Of a stretch of DNA of 33,284 nucleotides, positions 12,101-20,391 are shown in pieces. The translations under genes and the position numbers were made by a program. Each line of letters starts with the position of its first letter. Positions within the stretch are counted from its first letter, which is position 1. A model generated the notes under the pieces. That model was not told the DNA's origin. It searched no databases and saw nothing but the letters and a program-made list of their open reading frames with translations. Origin of the DNA: Nemertoderma westbladi (taxonomy: Eukaryota; Animalia; Xenacoelomorpha); assembly GCA_032718475.1 (NCBI GenBank), contig JAUCBJ010002369.1, positions 1-33,284 on the forward strand, read 5' to 3'.

Positions 12101-14204
12101 AATCAACCTCGCTACTGCAACTACTATTGTAAGCACCTAGAAATTGTAGATCGACCCTACTACAACCAACATAAGAACCAAAAACATGTGAATCAGATGA
12201 ATTAAGCACAGTAGATGGATATTGAGTAATGCTAGGGTGCCTCAATGTCCAGCTTCCATCATCTTCCAGGTCTTCTACCTCTGGTACAAATGAGGAGGCA
12301 TATGCGTTTAATGAGGAGGCAGAAGGTTGTGTCCCAGATCCACTATTCACATTGAGGTAGTCGTTACAGGTTACTGGAACCTCAGCGGGGAAATTCCAGG
12401 TTGCTGGAACACAAGCTGAGTTGTAATGGGATACAGGAAACACGGCTGAGTTGTGACGGGTTTTGATGACCTCAGCGGAGTCGTTACGGGTTATAGGAAC
12501 CTCAGTGGGATTGTTATGGATTACTTGAACTTGAACTTCGGCAGAGTAATTCTGGGTTACCGGAAACTCGGGGGAGACATTGTAGGTTTCTACAACCTTG
12601 GCAGAGTCAATGTGGGTTGCGGGAACCTCAGCGGAGTAATTCCAGCTCACAGGAACCTCGGGGGAGTCGTTCCGGGTTGCTATACCCTCTGTTGGGTTAT
12701 CATGGGTTACAGGAACCTTTGCGGAGCCATTCCGGGTTATTGGAACCTTGGGAAAGTCATTCAGGGGTACTGAAGCCACGGTTAGTTTGTCATAGGTTAT
12801 GGGAAACTTGGCAGAGTAGTTCTGGGTTACTGGAACCTTGTCGGAGTCGTTCCAGGTTATTGGAATCTCGGTGGAGTCATTCCGGGTTACTGGAACCTTG
12901 GTTAGTTTGTCATGGGATACGAGAACCTCGGTGGAGTAGTACTGGGTTACTGGAACCTCGGCGGAATCGTTCCGGGTTATTGGAATCTTGGTGGAGTTGT
13001 GCTGGTTTGCTGGAAACTTGGCAGAGTCTTTCCGGGTTACTAGAACATCAGTTGGTTTGTCGCGGATTATGGGAACCTCAGTGGAGTCGTTCTGGGTTAC
13101 TGGAACCACAGTGGAGTTGTTCTGGGTAACTGGAACCTCGGTGGAGTTGTTCCGGGTTACTGAAAACTTGGTGGAGTCGTTATGGGTTACAGGAACTTTA
13201 GCATTCACATTCCGGGTTGCTGGAACCTCATTGGGGTTGTCATGGGTTACTGGAACCTTGGCGGAGTTGTTACAGGTTATGGGAACCTCGGCAGTATTGC
13301 TCCGGGTTGCTGGAGCTTCAGTGGGGTAGTCGTGGGTAACTGGAATCTTGGTAGAGTCACTCCGGGTTATGGGAACCTTGGCAGTGTTGTTCAGGGTTGC
13401 TGGAACCTCAGTGGGGTTGTTACGGGTTCCTGGAACCACGGTGGAGTTGTTACGGGTTACTGGAACCTCGGTAAAGTCGATCCGGTTTGAGGGAACCTCA
13501 GCGAAGTCATTCTGGGTTATAGGAATCTCGGTGGGATTGTCACGGGTTAATGGAACCTCGGTGGGATTGTCACGGGTTGATGGAACCTCGGTGGGATTGT
13601 CACGGGTTAATGGAACGTCGGTGGGATTGTCACGGGTTAATGGAACCCCGTAGGTATTGCCACGGGTTAATGGAACCTCGGTGGGATTGTCACGGGTTAT
13701 TGGAACCTTGGTGGGATTATCACGGGTTAATGGAACCTCGGTGGGATTGTCACGGGTTACTGGAACCTCGGTGGGATTGTCACGGGTTAATGGAACCTCG
13801 GTGGGATTGTCACGGGTTAATGGAACCTCTGTGAAGTCGTTCTGGGTTACAGGAACCTTGGCGAAGTCATTCAGGTTGTTAAGGGTTACTTGAACCTTGG
13901 GAGAGTCATTCTGGGTTATGGGAACCTCAGAGGAGTCATTCCGGGTTGCAGGAACCTCGGTGAAATCGTTCCAGGTTGCGAGAACCTCGGTGGGGTTGTC
14001 ACAGGTTACTGGAACCTTGGGAGAGTCATTCTGGGTTACTGGAAACTCAGAGTTGTCGTTCCGGGTTGCAGGAACCTTGGCAAAGTCATTCAGGTTGTTA
14101 CGGGTTACTGGAACTTTGGGAGAGTCATTCTGGGTTATGGGAACCTCAGAGGAGTCATTCCGGGTTGCAGGAACCTCGGTGAAATCGTTCCAGGTTGCGA
14201 GAAA
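9162..14204 (-). CDS. LINE ORF1 (5'-truncated, ~1680 open codons): 10-aa repeats, Ulp1/SENP-like C48 peptidase, coiled coil, RRM-like domain, Asn/His/Tyr-rich tail
   Basis: Frame stays open upstream of the listed 13439 GTG until the TAA at 14205-14207. C48 motifs WLSDNVVDGFL, SHFVL, QKNTYDCGVFTC (~11250-11830). ORF1-type LYITGV...FWPPGVRCRLW (~9850-10065). Confidence 0.85.
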   Translation of the reverse strand, partial: FLATWNDFTEVPATRNDSSEVPITQNDSPKVPVTRNNLNDFAKVPATRNDNSEFPVTQNDSPKVPVTCDNPTEVLATWNDFTEVPATRNDSSEVPITQNDSPKVQVTLNNLNDFAKVPVTQNDFTEVPLTRDNPTEVPLTRDNPTEVPVTRDNPTEVPLTRDNPTKVPITRDNPTEVPLTRGNTYGVPLTRDNPTDVPLTRDNPTEVPSTRDNPTEVPLTRDNPTEIPITQNDFAEVPSNRIDFTEVPVTRNNSTVVPGTRNNPTEVPATLNNTAKVPITRSDSTKIPVTHDYPTEAPATRSNTAEVPITCNNSAKVPVTHDNPNEVPATRNVNAKVPVTHNDSTKFSVTRNNSTEVPVTQNNSTVVPVTQNDSTEVPIIRDKPTDVLVTRKDSAKFPANQHNSTKIPITRNDSAEVPVTQYYSTEVLVSHDKLTKVPVTRNDSTEIPITWNDSDKVPVTQNYSAKFPITYDKLTVASVPLNDFPKVPITRNGSAKVPVTHDNPTEGIATRNDSPEVPVSWNYSAEVPATHIDSAKVVETYNVSPEFPVTQNYSAEVQVQVIHNNPTEVPITRNDSAEVIKTRHNSAVFPVSHYNSACVPATWNFPAEVPVTCNDYLNVNSGSGTQPSASSLNAYASSFVPEVEDLEDDGSWTLRHPSITQYPSTVLNSSDSHVFGSYVGCSRVDLQFLGAYNSSCSSEVDLHDLGAYINSSKAEVIEIAQNTDNYTSPTPLLKTGTNSIPNILDNITDIEVYPVSSQSNGKSTDQIDIMTRKFMTDHLNISDSSRYTDIVLPTANDCTTLNTSQWLSDNVVDGFLGILERHCQNSVWISSVLTQKLQHKKFDTYTAAQYAFKYLIVKHPVQFIFFPECSNSHFVLHVGDTTTKTITRLCSMGSTRPSAVSRRISYILNEVDRLSPNPCKPDLESHVKRWGVSASKYGFPVQKNTYDCGVFTCLYAVAIALGKKALPDFYKDSLLARQWIRETLESLKMNTDDVYINPRNMDADSFPTYSEYDLSSLLNVHKSTTIKTLGSVETPVISALRDRLFCDVKPLMKPTQAASLELLPRTLKRELSTDIFELMTCLKEGIFTASCRKRLRLSCNSHSNSSSSSSNGYDLLKHELISCTELLQTRITIVENNNETMKLEIRNLRDELSQERHSRIVLEAELEEITKVKQNREPSTTDFVPFSPISLRRGDVNLDNYLIIDAASSSNDDCALNSQNQKSVNRSCDLLPNSQQQNLQKFQKVPTKKKTRKLKRHCSNNKATSMNQEKDHKDPQIVTESSSDSTCSTTFSPDPVPPNCKTTSIPSSGLINKPTAPKDTKFSSEILSISKPMQFTSETSRLSTKSYPRAFGASSKINTSTHGTQHLTNYESEDTLQYPYSHLYITGVKRKYNIDEVTHYLKARNIISHRIKIITYNKVLGTINMRVTVDAFNEDKVLETNFWPPGVRCRLWRCSSLRNTHHMPNTHEIGFNTQSGSECHHYHNYQNFNHHASKNCGNIVDSAHLGDYQRHPYVKDRNTQKSHGINDYSAQLGGDGRGSHCFNRRTSNRYANGEVSAQSDSDHYTSRNYAYNNNSNQLRGYGGCSPNFDHRNTSNNNANTNASAHNNGEYCNTHDFDPHAVNTSDSAEYGRFDQYTHNSPNHPYNSYTSSNFVDYNSAHFSDDGARICDCNLDRNFMNCV
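12360..14203 (-). repeat. Coding 30-bp minisatellite in ORF1 (consensus ~EVPVTRNDST), ~60 units
   Basis: 30-bp periodicity with frame preserved; many N-x-S/T motifs. Confidence 0.93.
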
Positions 14205-14644
14205 TTATTAGTCTATTAATAGTACGCTATGATGCAGTCAAACTACCGCCAGCTAGGCAGAACAGTGATTCTTGTTTGTAAGGGAGGTTGGGATGGATAA
14301 GCCAATCAGGGAACAGGACAGTAATCCTACCATACAATTGTCTACAGAGCCGCTCTACCAGAGAGGTCACGTTCCCACGGTAGTAGTTTTTCAGCTAATC
14401 AATATCTAATAATGTCTGACGGCCAAGCATCACCATCGCCCTTATTAATAATTCATTGGGAAGCATTGACCCCTATTAAGGTGTCCCGCAGAGCCGGATT
14501 AAGCTTATGTGTGGCCCCTAGACATAGACAAATTATTAAGGTGTCTATTAACTATTAAGGTGTCCCCCATTAATGTTTGTGTCCCTCATTAATGTGTGTA
14601 CGTCATTAATAGTTGTGTCCCTCATTAACAAACTCAGTAATTAT

Positions 14645-15819
14645 CGTAAATCCGCATTTTACACCCCTTCCCGGATCCAGTAACACTTTGTAATTAACCT
14701 GAATCAATCCGCGTTTTACACCCCTTCCCGGATCCAGTAACACTTTGTAATTAACCTGAATCAATCCGCGTTTTACACCCCTTCCCGGATCCAGTAACAC
14801 TTTGTAATTAACCTGAATCAATCCGCGTTTTACACCCCTTCCCGGATCCAGTAACACTTGGTAAATAAATTGAATCCGCGTTTTACACCCCTTTCCGGAT
14901 CCATTAAAACTTGGTAATTCACGAAAATCCGTGTATTACACTCCATTCCGGATCCAATAAAACTTGGTAATTAACGAAAATCCGTGTTTTATACTCCATT
15001 CCGGATCCAACAAAACTTTGTAATTAACGAAATCCGTGTTTTACACTCCATTCCGGATCCAACAAAACTTGGTTATTAACGAAATCCGTGTTTTACACTC
15101 CATTCCGGATCCAACAAAACTTGGTAATTAACGAAAATCCGTGTTTTACACTCCATTCCGGATCCAACAAAACTTGGTAATTACGAAAATCCGTGGTTTA
15201 CACTCCATTCCGGATCCAATAAAACTTGGTAATTAACGAAAATCCGTGTTTTACACTCCATTCCGGATCCAACAAAACTTGGTAATTACGAAAATCCGTG
15301 GTTTACACTCCATTCCGGATCCAATAAAACTTGGTAATTAACGAAAATCCGTGTTTTACACTCCATTCCGGATCCAACAAAACTTGGTAATTACGAAAAT
15401 CCGTGGTTTACACTCCATTCCGGATCCAATAAAACTTGGTAATTAACGAAAATCCGTGTATTACACTCCATTCCGGATCCAATAAAACTTGGTAATTAAC
15501 GAAAATCCGTGTTTTACACTCCATTCCGGATCCAACAAAACTTGGTAATTAACGAAAATCCGTGTATTACACTCCATTCCGGATCCAATAAAACTTGGTA
15601 ATTAACGAAAATCCGTGTTTTACACTCCATTCCGGATTCATAAAATATATGAATCCGCGTTTTACACTGCAATACGGATTGCGTATTTCAGAATCCGCAT
15701 ATTACACTCAGTTACGGATTGTATGTAAATCCGGATCCGCCTTTTACACTCGCAAATCCGGGTCCTGATCCGTATCCGGATCCTGAATCCGGATCCGGAT
15801 CCGCGTTTTACACCTACCC
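14645..15819 (-). repeat. Right arm of Foldback-like element: inverted ~53-bp tandem array
   Basis: CCGGATCCAATAAAACTTGGTAATTAACGAAAATCCGTGTTTTACACTCCATT units, the reverse complement of the left-arm units. Confidence 0.92.
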
Positions 15820-15828
15820 GCTCCAACG

Positions 15829-16075
15829 ACCCATTCCCTACCAAACTACTCCGACTTGCCGCCGATCCACTTTCCCTACACTTGTGCTACTTATTCAACC
15901 TGTCAATAAAATACGGTTTGTTTCCCCGATTCACTAAAAATTGCAAAAGTTACTCCATTATACAAATCAGACGACCCAACAGACCCCAACAATTACCGTT
16001 CTATTATCTCTTAGTACTTAGTACTAAGTAAAATTCTAGAACAACTAATTAACGAACTATTACAATCTTACATAG
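15829..16075 (+). pseudogene. Old LINE ORF2 fragment, 3' continuation
   Basis: DPFPTKLLRLAADPLSLHLCYLFNLSIKYGLFP, then a frameshift, then DSLKIAKVTPLYKSDDPTDPNNYRSI: RT domain 0/1 motifs. Confidence 0.82.
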
Positions 16076-16089
16076 TAACAAATATTCAA

Positions 16090-16343
16090 TAATCACAATC
16101 ACAATAATGAATGGGAGGAATGCCTGTTCACCACCATGGGTGATCTTACACAGTAAACCCTTCCTCTCTGTTTCCCAAGTTGCCTTGTTTCCCATTTATC
16201 GACCACTGAAGGATGAAAGCCGGGGTTGGGCTAGGCTGCAGCATTTAAAGCACTGTGCCCAAACAGTGCTGCCCCATCTAGGGATCGAACCCGGGCTCCC
16301 TAATCGGAAGCACAGTAATGTCACCACTAGACCAAGCTGCTGC
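16090..16343 (-). mobile_element. tRNA-derived SINE with Meta-like central domain
   Basis: Minus strand: A box TGGTCTAGTGG, B box GGTTCGATCC, central GGCTTTCATCCTTCAGTGGTCGATAAATG resembling the Meta/Sauria SINE core, short (TTGTGA)n tail. Confidence 0.75.
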
Positions 16344-16963
16344 TTGTATTGTTATGTTTAACAATAATGCTTTAGAGTCAAAACAACCACCTCTCACGCC
16401 CTGCTCTCCTTACAGAAAAAATAAATCAATTCCATGTTTGATAGCCATCATCCAAGATGTGCCGTATACATTGACCTTAAAGGGGCCTTTGATACCATAA
16501 TATTATGGTTTTGTTCAGAAATGGAAAAAATGAGAAAGCGCGTCACCGGGGGTTGAACCAGTTGACCAACTGGCTGACCAACTTACTCGAAACCGTAGCA
16601 AAGACCCTAGCAGAAAGCCGGATAGGTAAAGATTGAAGAAAAAACCGCTGCCAACGACAGAATCTCACAACGGCTTCCAATGACAATACTAGGATTATCA
16701 GTCAGAGGTTGCCAGAGAGAAGTCTCACTTCTAGAGAGAGCCAAGCAATACCAGGGTAACAGTGTGGGATCTCTAGCTGATTGTCTGGCTGGATGGCGTT
16801 CCTTAGCCAATTGTATAAGATAAGAAACCCCATCATACTCACTTAAAAGCCCCTCACACCCTCCCCACCACCCCCACCTCACCACACCCTCCCCACCACC
16901 CCCACCTCACCCCAACCCCCCACCGAGACTATTAATTTATTCCTTCAAATAGCAAATTATTCC

Positions 16964-17027
16964 CCGATATGATGATACATATCAAGACGGGTCTGATATT
17001 CTTGATGACATTATTGTATCTGATCGG
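16964..17027 (+). ncRNA. Box C/D snoRNA, SNORD21/U21-type (divergent copy 3)
   Basis: Stem CCGA/TCGG; box C ATGATGA 16969-16975; guide TCAAGACGGGT + CTGA; perfect C' TTGATGA; box D CTGA 17020-17023; ~215 nt upstream of the 3' splice site. Confidence 0.82.
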
Positions 17028-17241
17028 TTAAATTTATTTACTCGTGTTTTCAGCGAGTCCGGCAATGGAAAACGTAGATTTGGTGTCTGTGAGTATATCA
17101 TATCAGAGGATAAACACCATTTTAATAGTTGTATGTTAATGAGTTTATTAACAATTTATTTTTTAATATTGTTTAAATTTGTGAGTTAACTGTTAATTTA
17201 TTTAACTGAGGCCATTTTAATTTGTTTTTTTTATCTCCCAG

Positions 17242-17479
17242 ATCGGTGGAGGATTTCTCTGTTACCATCCACCAACTGGCTGAGGTTGCCCAGCAACTGC
17301 GAGACGTGGATCACCCGGAGAGTCGGCGGGTTGCCACGCGACAGGCCCAGATCGAGAAGCTGTACGCGGGACTGCGGGATCTCGCAGAGGAGCGCCGGGC
17401 CCGGCTGGAGGAGACGTTGCAGCTGTTCCAACTGTATCGGGACGTAGACGATCTGGAGCAATGGATCGCCGAGAAGGAG
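17242..17479 (+). CDS. SPTBN1: Beta-spectrin coding exon
   Basis: ctcccAG acceptor, GTGAGG donor; phase joins AG|A to give R-SVEDFSVTIHQL...EKLYAGLRDLAEERR...DDLEQWIAEKE. Confidence 0.93.
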
Positions 17480-17562
17480 GTGAGGCATTGTGTGGAGGGG
17501 GCGGTGGGGTGGGGGGGGGGGGGGGGGTGGGGGGGGGGGTGGGGGGGGGGGGGGGGGGGGGG

Positions 17563-17676
17563 TGGTTGGGCTAGAATACAAATCAACGAGCCCAAATAGT
17601 GCTGCCCATCTAAGGATCGAACCCGGGCCTCCTGATTGGAAGCCCAGGAATGTCACCACTACACCAAAGCTGCTGC
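17563..17676 (-). mobile_element. Truncated copy (tRNA-like head) of the same SINE family as 16090-16343
   Basis: GTGCTGCCCATCTAAGGATCGAACCCGGG...AATGTCACCACTACACCAAAGCTGCTGC aligns with 16266-16343. Confidence 0.72.
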
Positions 17677-17833
17677 ATAATTTCTTGATTATTGTATTAT
17701 AAATATAGAGCCACAATTTGTATACTTTCTTTCTGAAAATCTTCCACTTGTTTCATTATTTAGTTTATTATTTTAACTAAACTATTAATAATCGTGATTA
17801 AATTGACTATTTTACTATCTAACTTATTGTTAG

Positions 17834-18079
17834 GTGGTGGCCAATAGTCGCGAGTTGGGCCAGGATCTCGACCACGTGACCCTGCTGCGTGACCGTTTCA
17901 AGGACTTTGAGCGTGACGTCACGGCGATTGGGACCGAGCGAGTGGGATCCGTTAACGAGGTGGCCGACGCTCTCATCGATAACGGACACACCGACGCGGC
18001 GATTATAGCGGAGTGGAAGGATGGGTTGAACGAATCGTGGCAGGATCTACTCGAGTTGATGGAGACAAGAGTTATGCAG
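17834..18079 (+). CDS. SPTBN1: Beta-spectrin coding exon
   Basis: AG/GT borders; [22 protein letters not shown]...[21 protein letters not shown]. Confidence 0.93.
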
Positions 18080-18498
18080 GTGGGAATGATATGGGAGGGT
18101 CGATGTTATATTCCAAAACAATTCAACATCACATTATATTTAATGCGTTTTTTGGTCTTATAAAACGAATAGACTTTATGTCCCGCTTACACCGAGATTT
18201 ATGTTATCTTAGTTTCACTTTTATCCAAATTTTTGTAGGAAATAATACCAACATATTCCTGAAAAGGCAATAAAACATTGAAATATTTGTATATAATGCA
18301 ATATAATAATATCTATTATTACTGCGACTAGACGACTAACTGTAATTGGAGTTACTGGGTATTGTTAGGCAGTACAAAGGAGTATTTTATTTCCCGAAAA
18401 CTACTAACTAATATTATTTGAAACACAATAACTCGCACACACGAATAATAAATATCTTATCGAACTTATATTATATAGAACTCGTCTTGTATTTGCAG

Positions 18499-18675
18499 CT
18501 GCAATCCTCCTGGGATCTCCACAAGTTCTTCTACGATTGTCGCGAGTGTCTGGCCCACATCGCGGAGAAGAAGGCCGCCATGTCCGAGGAGTTGGGCAAG
18601 GATCGCGCCTCCGTAGAGAACATACAGAGGAAGCATCGGGCCTTCGCGGATGAGTTGGCGCCTCTAGCGGAGGAG
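18499..18675 (+). CDS. SPTBN1: Beta-spectrin coding exon
   Basis: tttgcAG / GTAGG borders; LQSSWDLHKFFYDC...EELGKD...QRKHRAF. Confidence 0.92.
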
Positions 18676-19031
18676 GTAGGAACGTACTACCCGGGTTGGG
18701 GAGTCGACGTACCAAACGCGTATCACATTGTGTCATGTTTTGTGGTTTTGGCAAAGTTTTCACTGTGAAGAGTCGAAAAAATTCCGGACAATTTTCAGTT
18801 TGTCGATACCGGATACGCCATTGCGGGTTTGGCAAAACCGTGCCACTTTTACCTTATTGTTATTACTCTGGGTTGTCATCGTGGGAATTTGAGACTACAA
18901 TTTAGTGTCATTATTTAGTACCTTCTTAGTAACATTGTAGATGGTAAAATCGTGACGCTTTGTTATATTTTTGGTGACATTATCGTGACGATTTGTGACA
19001 ATATATTTGTATTTAACTATTGTGATCACAG

Positions 19032-19198
19032 GTGAAAGCAATCAGCATGGAGTCTGCAGGTCTGCAGTGTAGGTACGCGGGTTCGCGAGCCAAGGAGATC
19101 GTTTATCGGGAACAGGAGGTCATCAACGCCTGGAAGTTCCTTCTCGCTGTTATTGACGGGAGGACCGGTAAACTGGCAGATACCAACGATCTATACAG
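19032..19198 (+). CDS. SPTBN1: Beta-spectrin coding exon
   Basis: cacAG / GTTGGT borders; VKAISMESAGLQCRYAG...REQEVINAWK...LADTNDLYR. Confidence 0.9.
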
Positions 19199-19718
19199 GT
19201 TGGTACTGAACCGGTACTGATACTGTTATTGGTACCGGTAGTCCTACTGGTACTGGTGATGGCCCTCTCACGAATTAATTAGACTAATAAGACCTTCTAA
19301 CGGCAATTCTACTTGCGCCACTCTAATTACTTTATAGATAATTCAAATTATTTTTTTTTATAAGACAAGGAACCCCAAACATCTATGAATAATAATAATA
19401 ATATAAGCCTGTAAATAATACCACTAACCCTGAGGTTATTGCGAATTAACATCGGTTGCAACCTGAAGACTCTTCTATCTTTGTCTTGGCTGTTAACCTG
19501 TAAGTCAGGTGGGGCGCCACACTAACTCCCAAGGGCGAATACTCTATAATCCAACCCTTTCTTTAACCCTACGACACAACAGAGCGAAATTTCTAAATAA
19601 TTTTAGGTTTTTATGAATTTGAACCAGCGCTGACAAACAGCAAATCACTATTATGACACTAACCCGGGTAGTTTAATTAACGCTAATTAATTACGTAATT
19701 TTAACCGATAACTTTCAG

Positions 19719-20028
19719 ATTCCTTCAGATGGTTCGGGATTTAATGTTGTGGATGGATGACGTAATACGACAGATATCTAGCGCGGAGAAGGCGCGTGAC
19801 GTCAGCGGGGTTGAGCTGCTGATGAACGGTCATACGAGTATCAAGGCGGAGATCGACTCGAGGGACGCGAGTTTCGCCGAGTGTATAGTCCTAGGGAAGG
19901 CCCTGTTGTCCAGACGACATTACGCCAGCAAGGAGATTAAAGAGAAACTCCTGGGGTTGGGAACACGAAGGGCTAGTATGATAGCCGACTGGGAGCACAG
20001 ATGGGAGTTCCTACAGCTACTGCTAGAG
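19719..20028 (+). CDS. SPTBN1: Beta-spectrin coding exon
   Basis: tttcAG / GTCGGT borders; FLQMVRDLMLWMDDVIRQI...RDVSGVELLMNGH...HYASKEIKEKLL...RWEFLQLLLE. Confidence 0.93.
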
Positions 20029-20155
20029 GTCGGTGTTCTAATTGGCCTTCCATTCTAATTAAATCATGTCTACTTAGTTATTTCCATTTAGTTTATCACA
20101 TTGTCTACTTTTCCATCTTGTTTTTTCTTAACCTTGTCTACTATATTTTCCTTAG

Positions 20156-20316
20156 GTTCATCAGTTCGCCCGCGACGCCCACGTTGCTGAGGGTTGGCTG
20201 ATCGCCCAGGAACCCTACGTGAGAAGCGGCGATCTTGGCGACACGTTAGAAGAGGTTGAGAAACTTATTCGTAAACACCAGGCCTTCGAGAAGGCGATAC
20301 AAGGCCAGGATGAAAG
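20156..20316 (+). CDS. SPTBN1: Beta-spectrin coding exon (partial repeat, tetramerization region); absent from the ORF track
   Basis: cttAG / GTGGGT borders; [21 protein letters not shown]...[15 protein letters not shown]. Confidence 0.92.
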
Positions 20317-20391
20317 GTGGGTTATTTTGAGATAGAGACACTTTGACCCTATTTATTTTAGCATTGATATTAATTACTGACAGCTACTAAC

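Larger units (their letters stand above)
5567..14203 (-). mobile_element. 5'-truncated non-LTR retrotransposon (APE-RT LINE) with intact ORF2 and Ulp1-containing ORF1
   Basis: Two long open frames, ~490-nt 3' UTR, (TAA)n tail at ~5560-5574, abrupt 5' end within the 30-bp repeats at ~14203, and possible TSD ATTATTA (5560-5566 / 14204-14210). Confidence 0.9.
4115..15819. mobile_element. Foldback/MULE-like non-autonomous DNA transposon with long inverted arms of tandem repeats; carries a nested LINE
   Basis: 9-bp TSD GCTCCAACG at 4106-4114 and 15820-15828. Termini CGGTCAGAGTAAAACGCGGATCCGGATC and (reverse complement) GGGTAGGTGTAAAACGCGGATCCGGATC. Removing it restores the flanking LINE reading frame. 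Confidence 0.85.

Noticed and set aside
12453-14219. Multiple + strand repeat ORFs (MEPRWDCHGL, GTSVGLSRVN etc.)
   Set aside because: Antisense shadows of the 30-bp coding repeat of LINE ORF1.
14489-14525. CAGAGCCGGATTAAGCTTATGTGTGGCCCCTAG, resembling a hAT-MITE terminus
   Set aside because: No partner terminus or TSD found.
16535-16610. tRNA-like B-box fragment on the minus strand
   Set aside because: No A box or cloverleaf could be built; at most a SINE remnant.
17040-17125. Two short hairpins after snoRNA copy 3, possible H/ACA RNA
   Set aside because: No correctly placed H (ANANNA) or ACA box.
17231-17716. Poly-Pro/poly-Gly ORFs
   Set aside because: Artefacts of the poly-G tract and the antisense of the spectrin exon.
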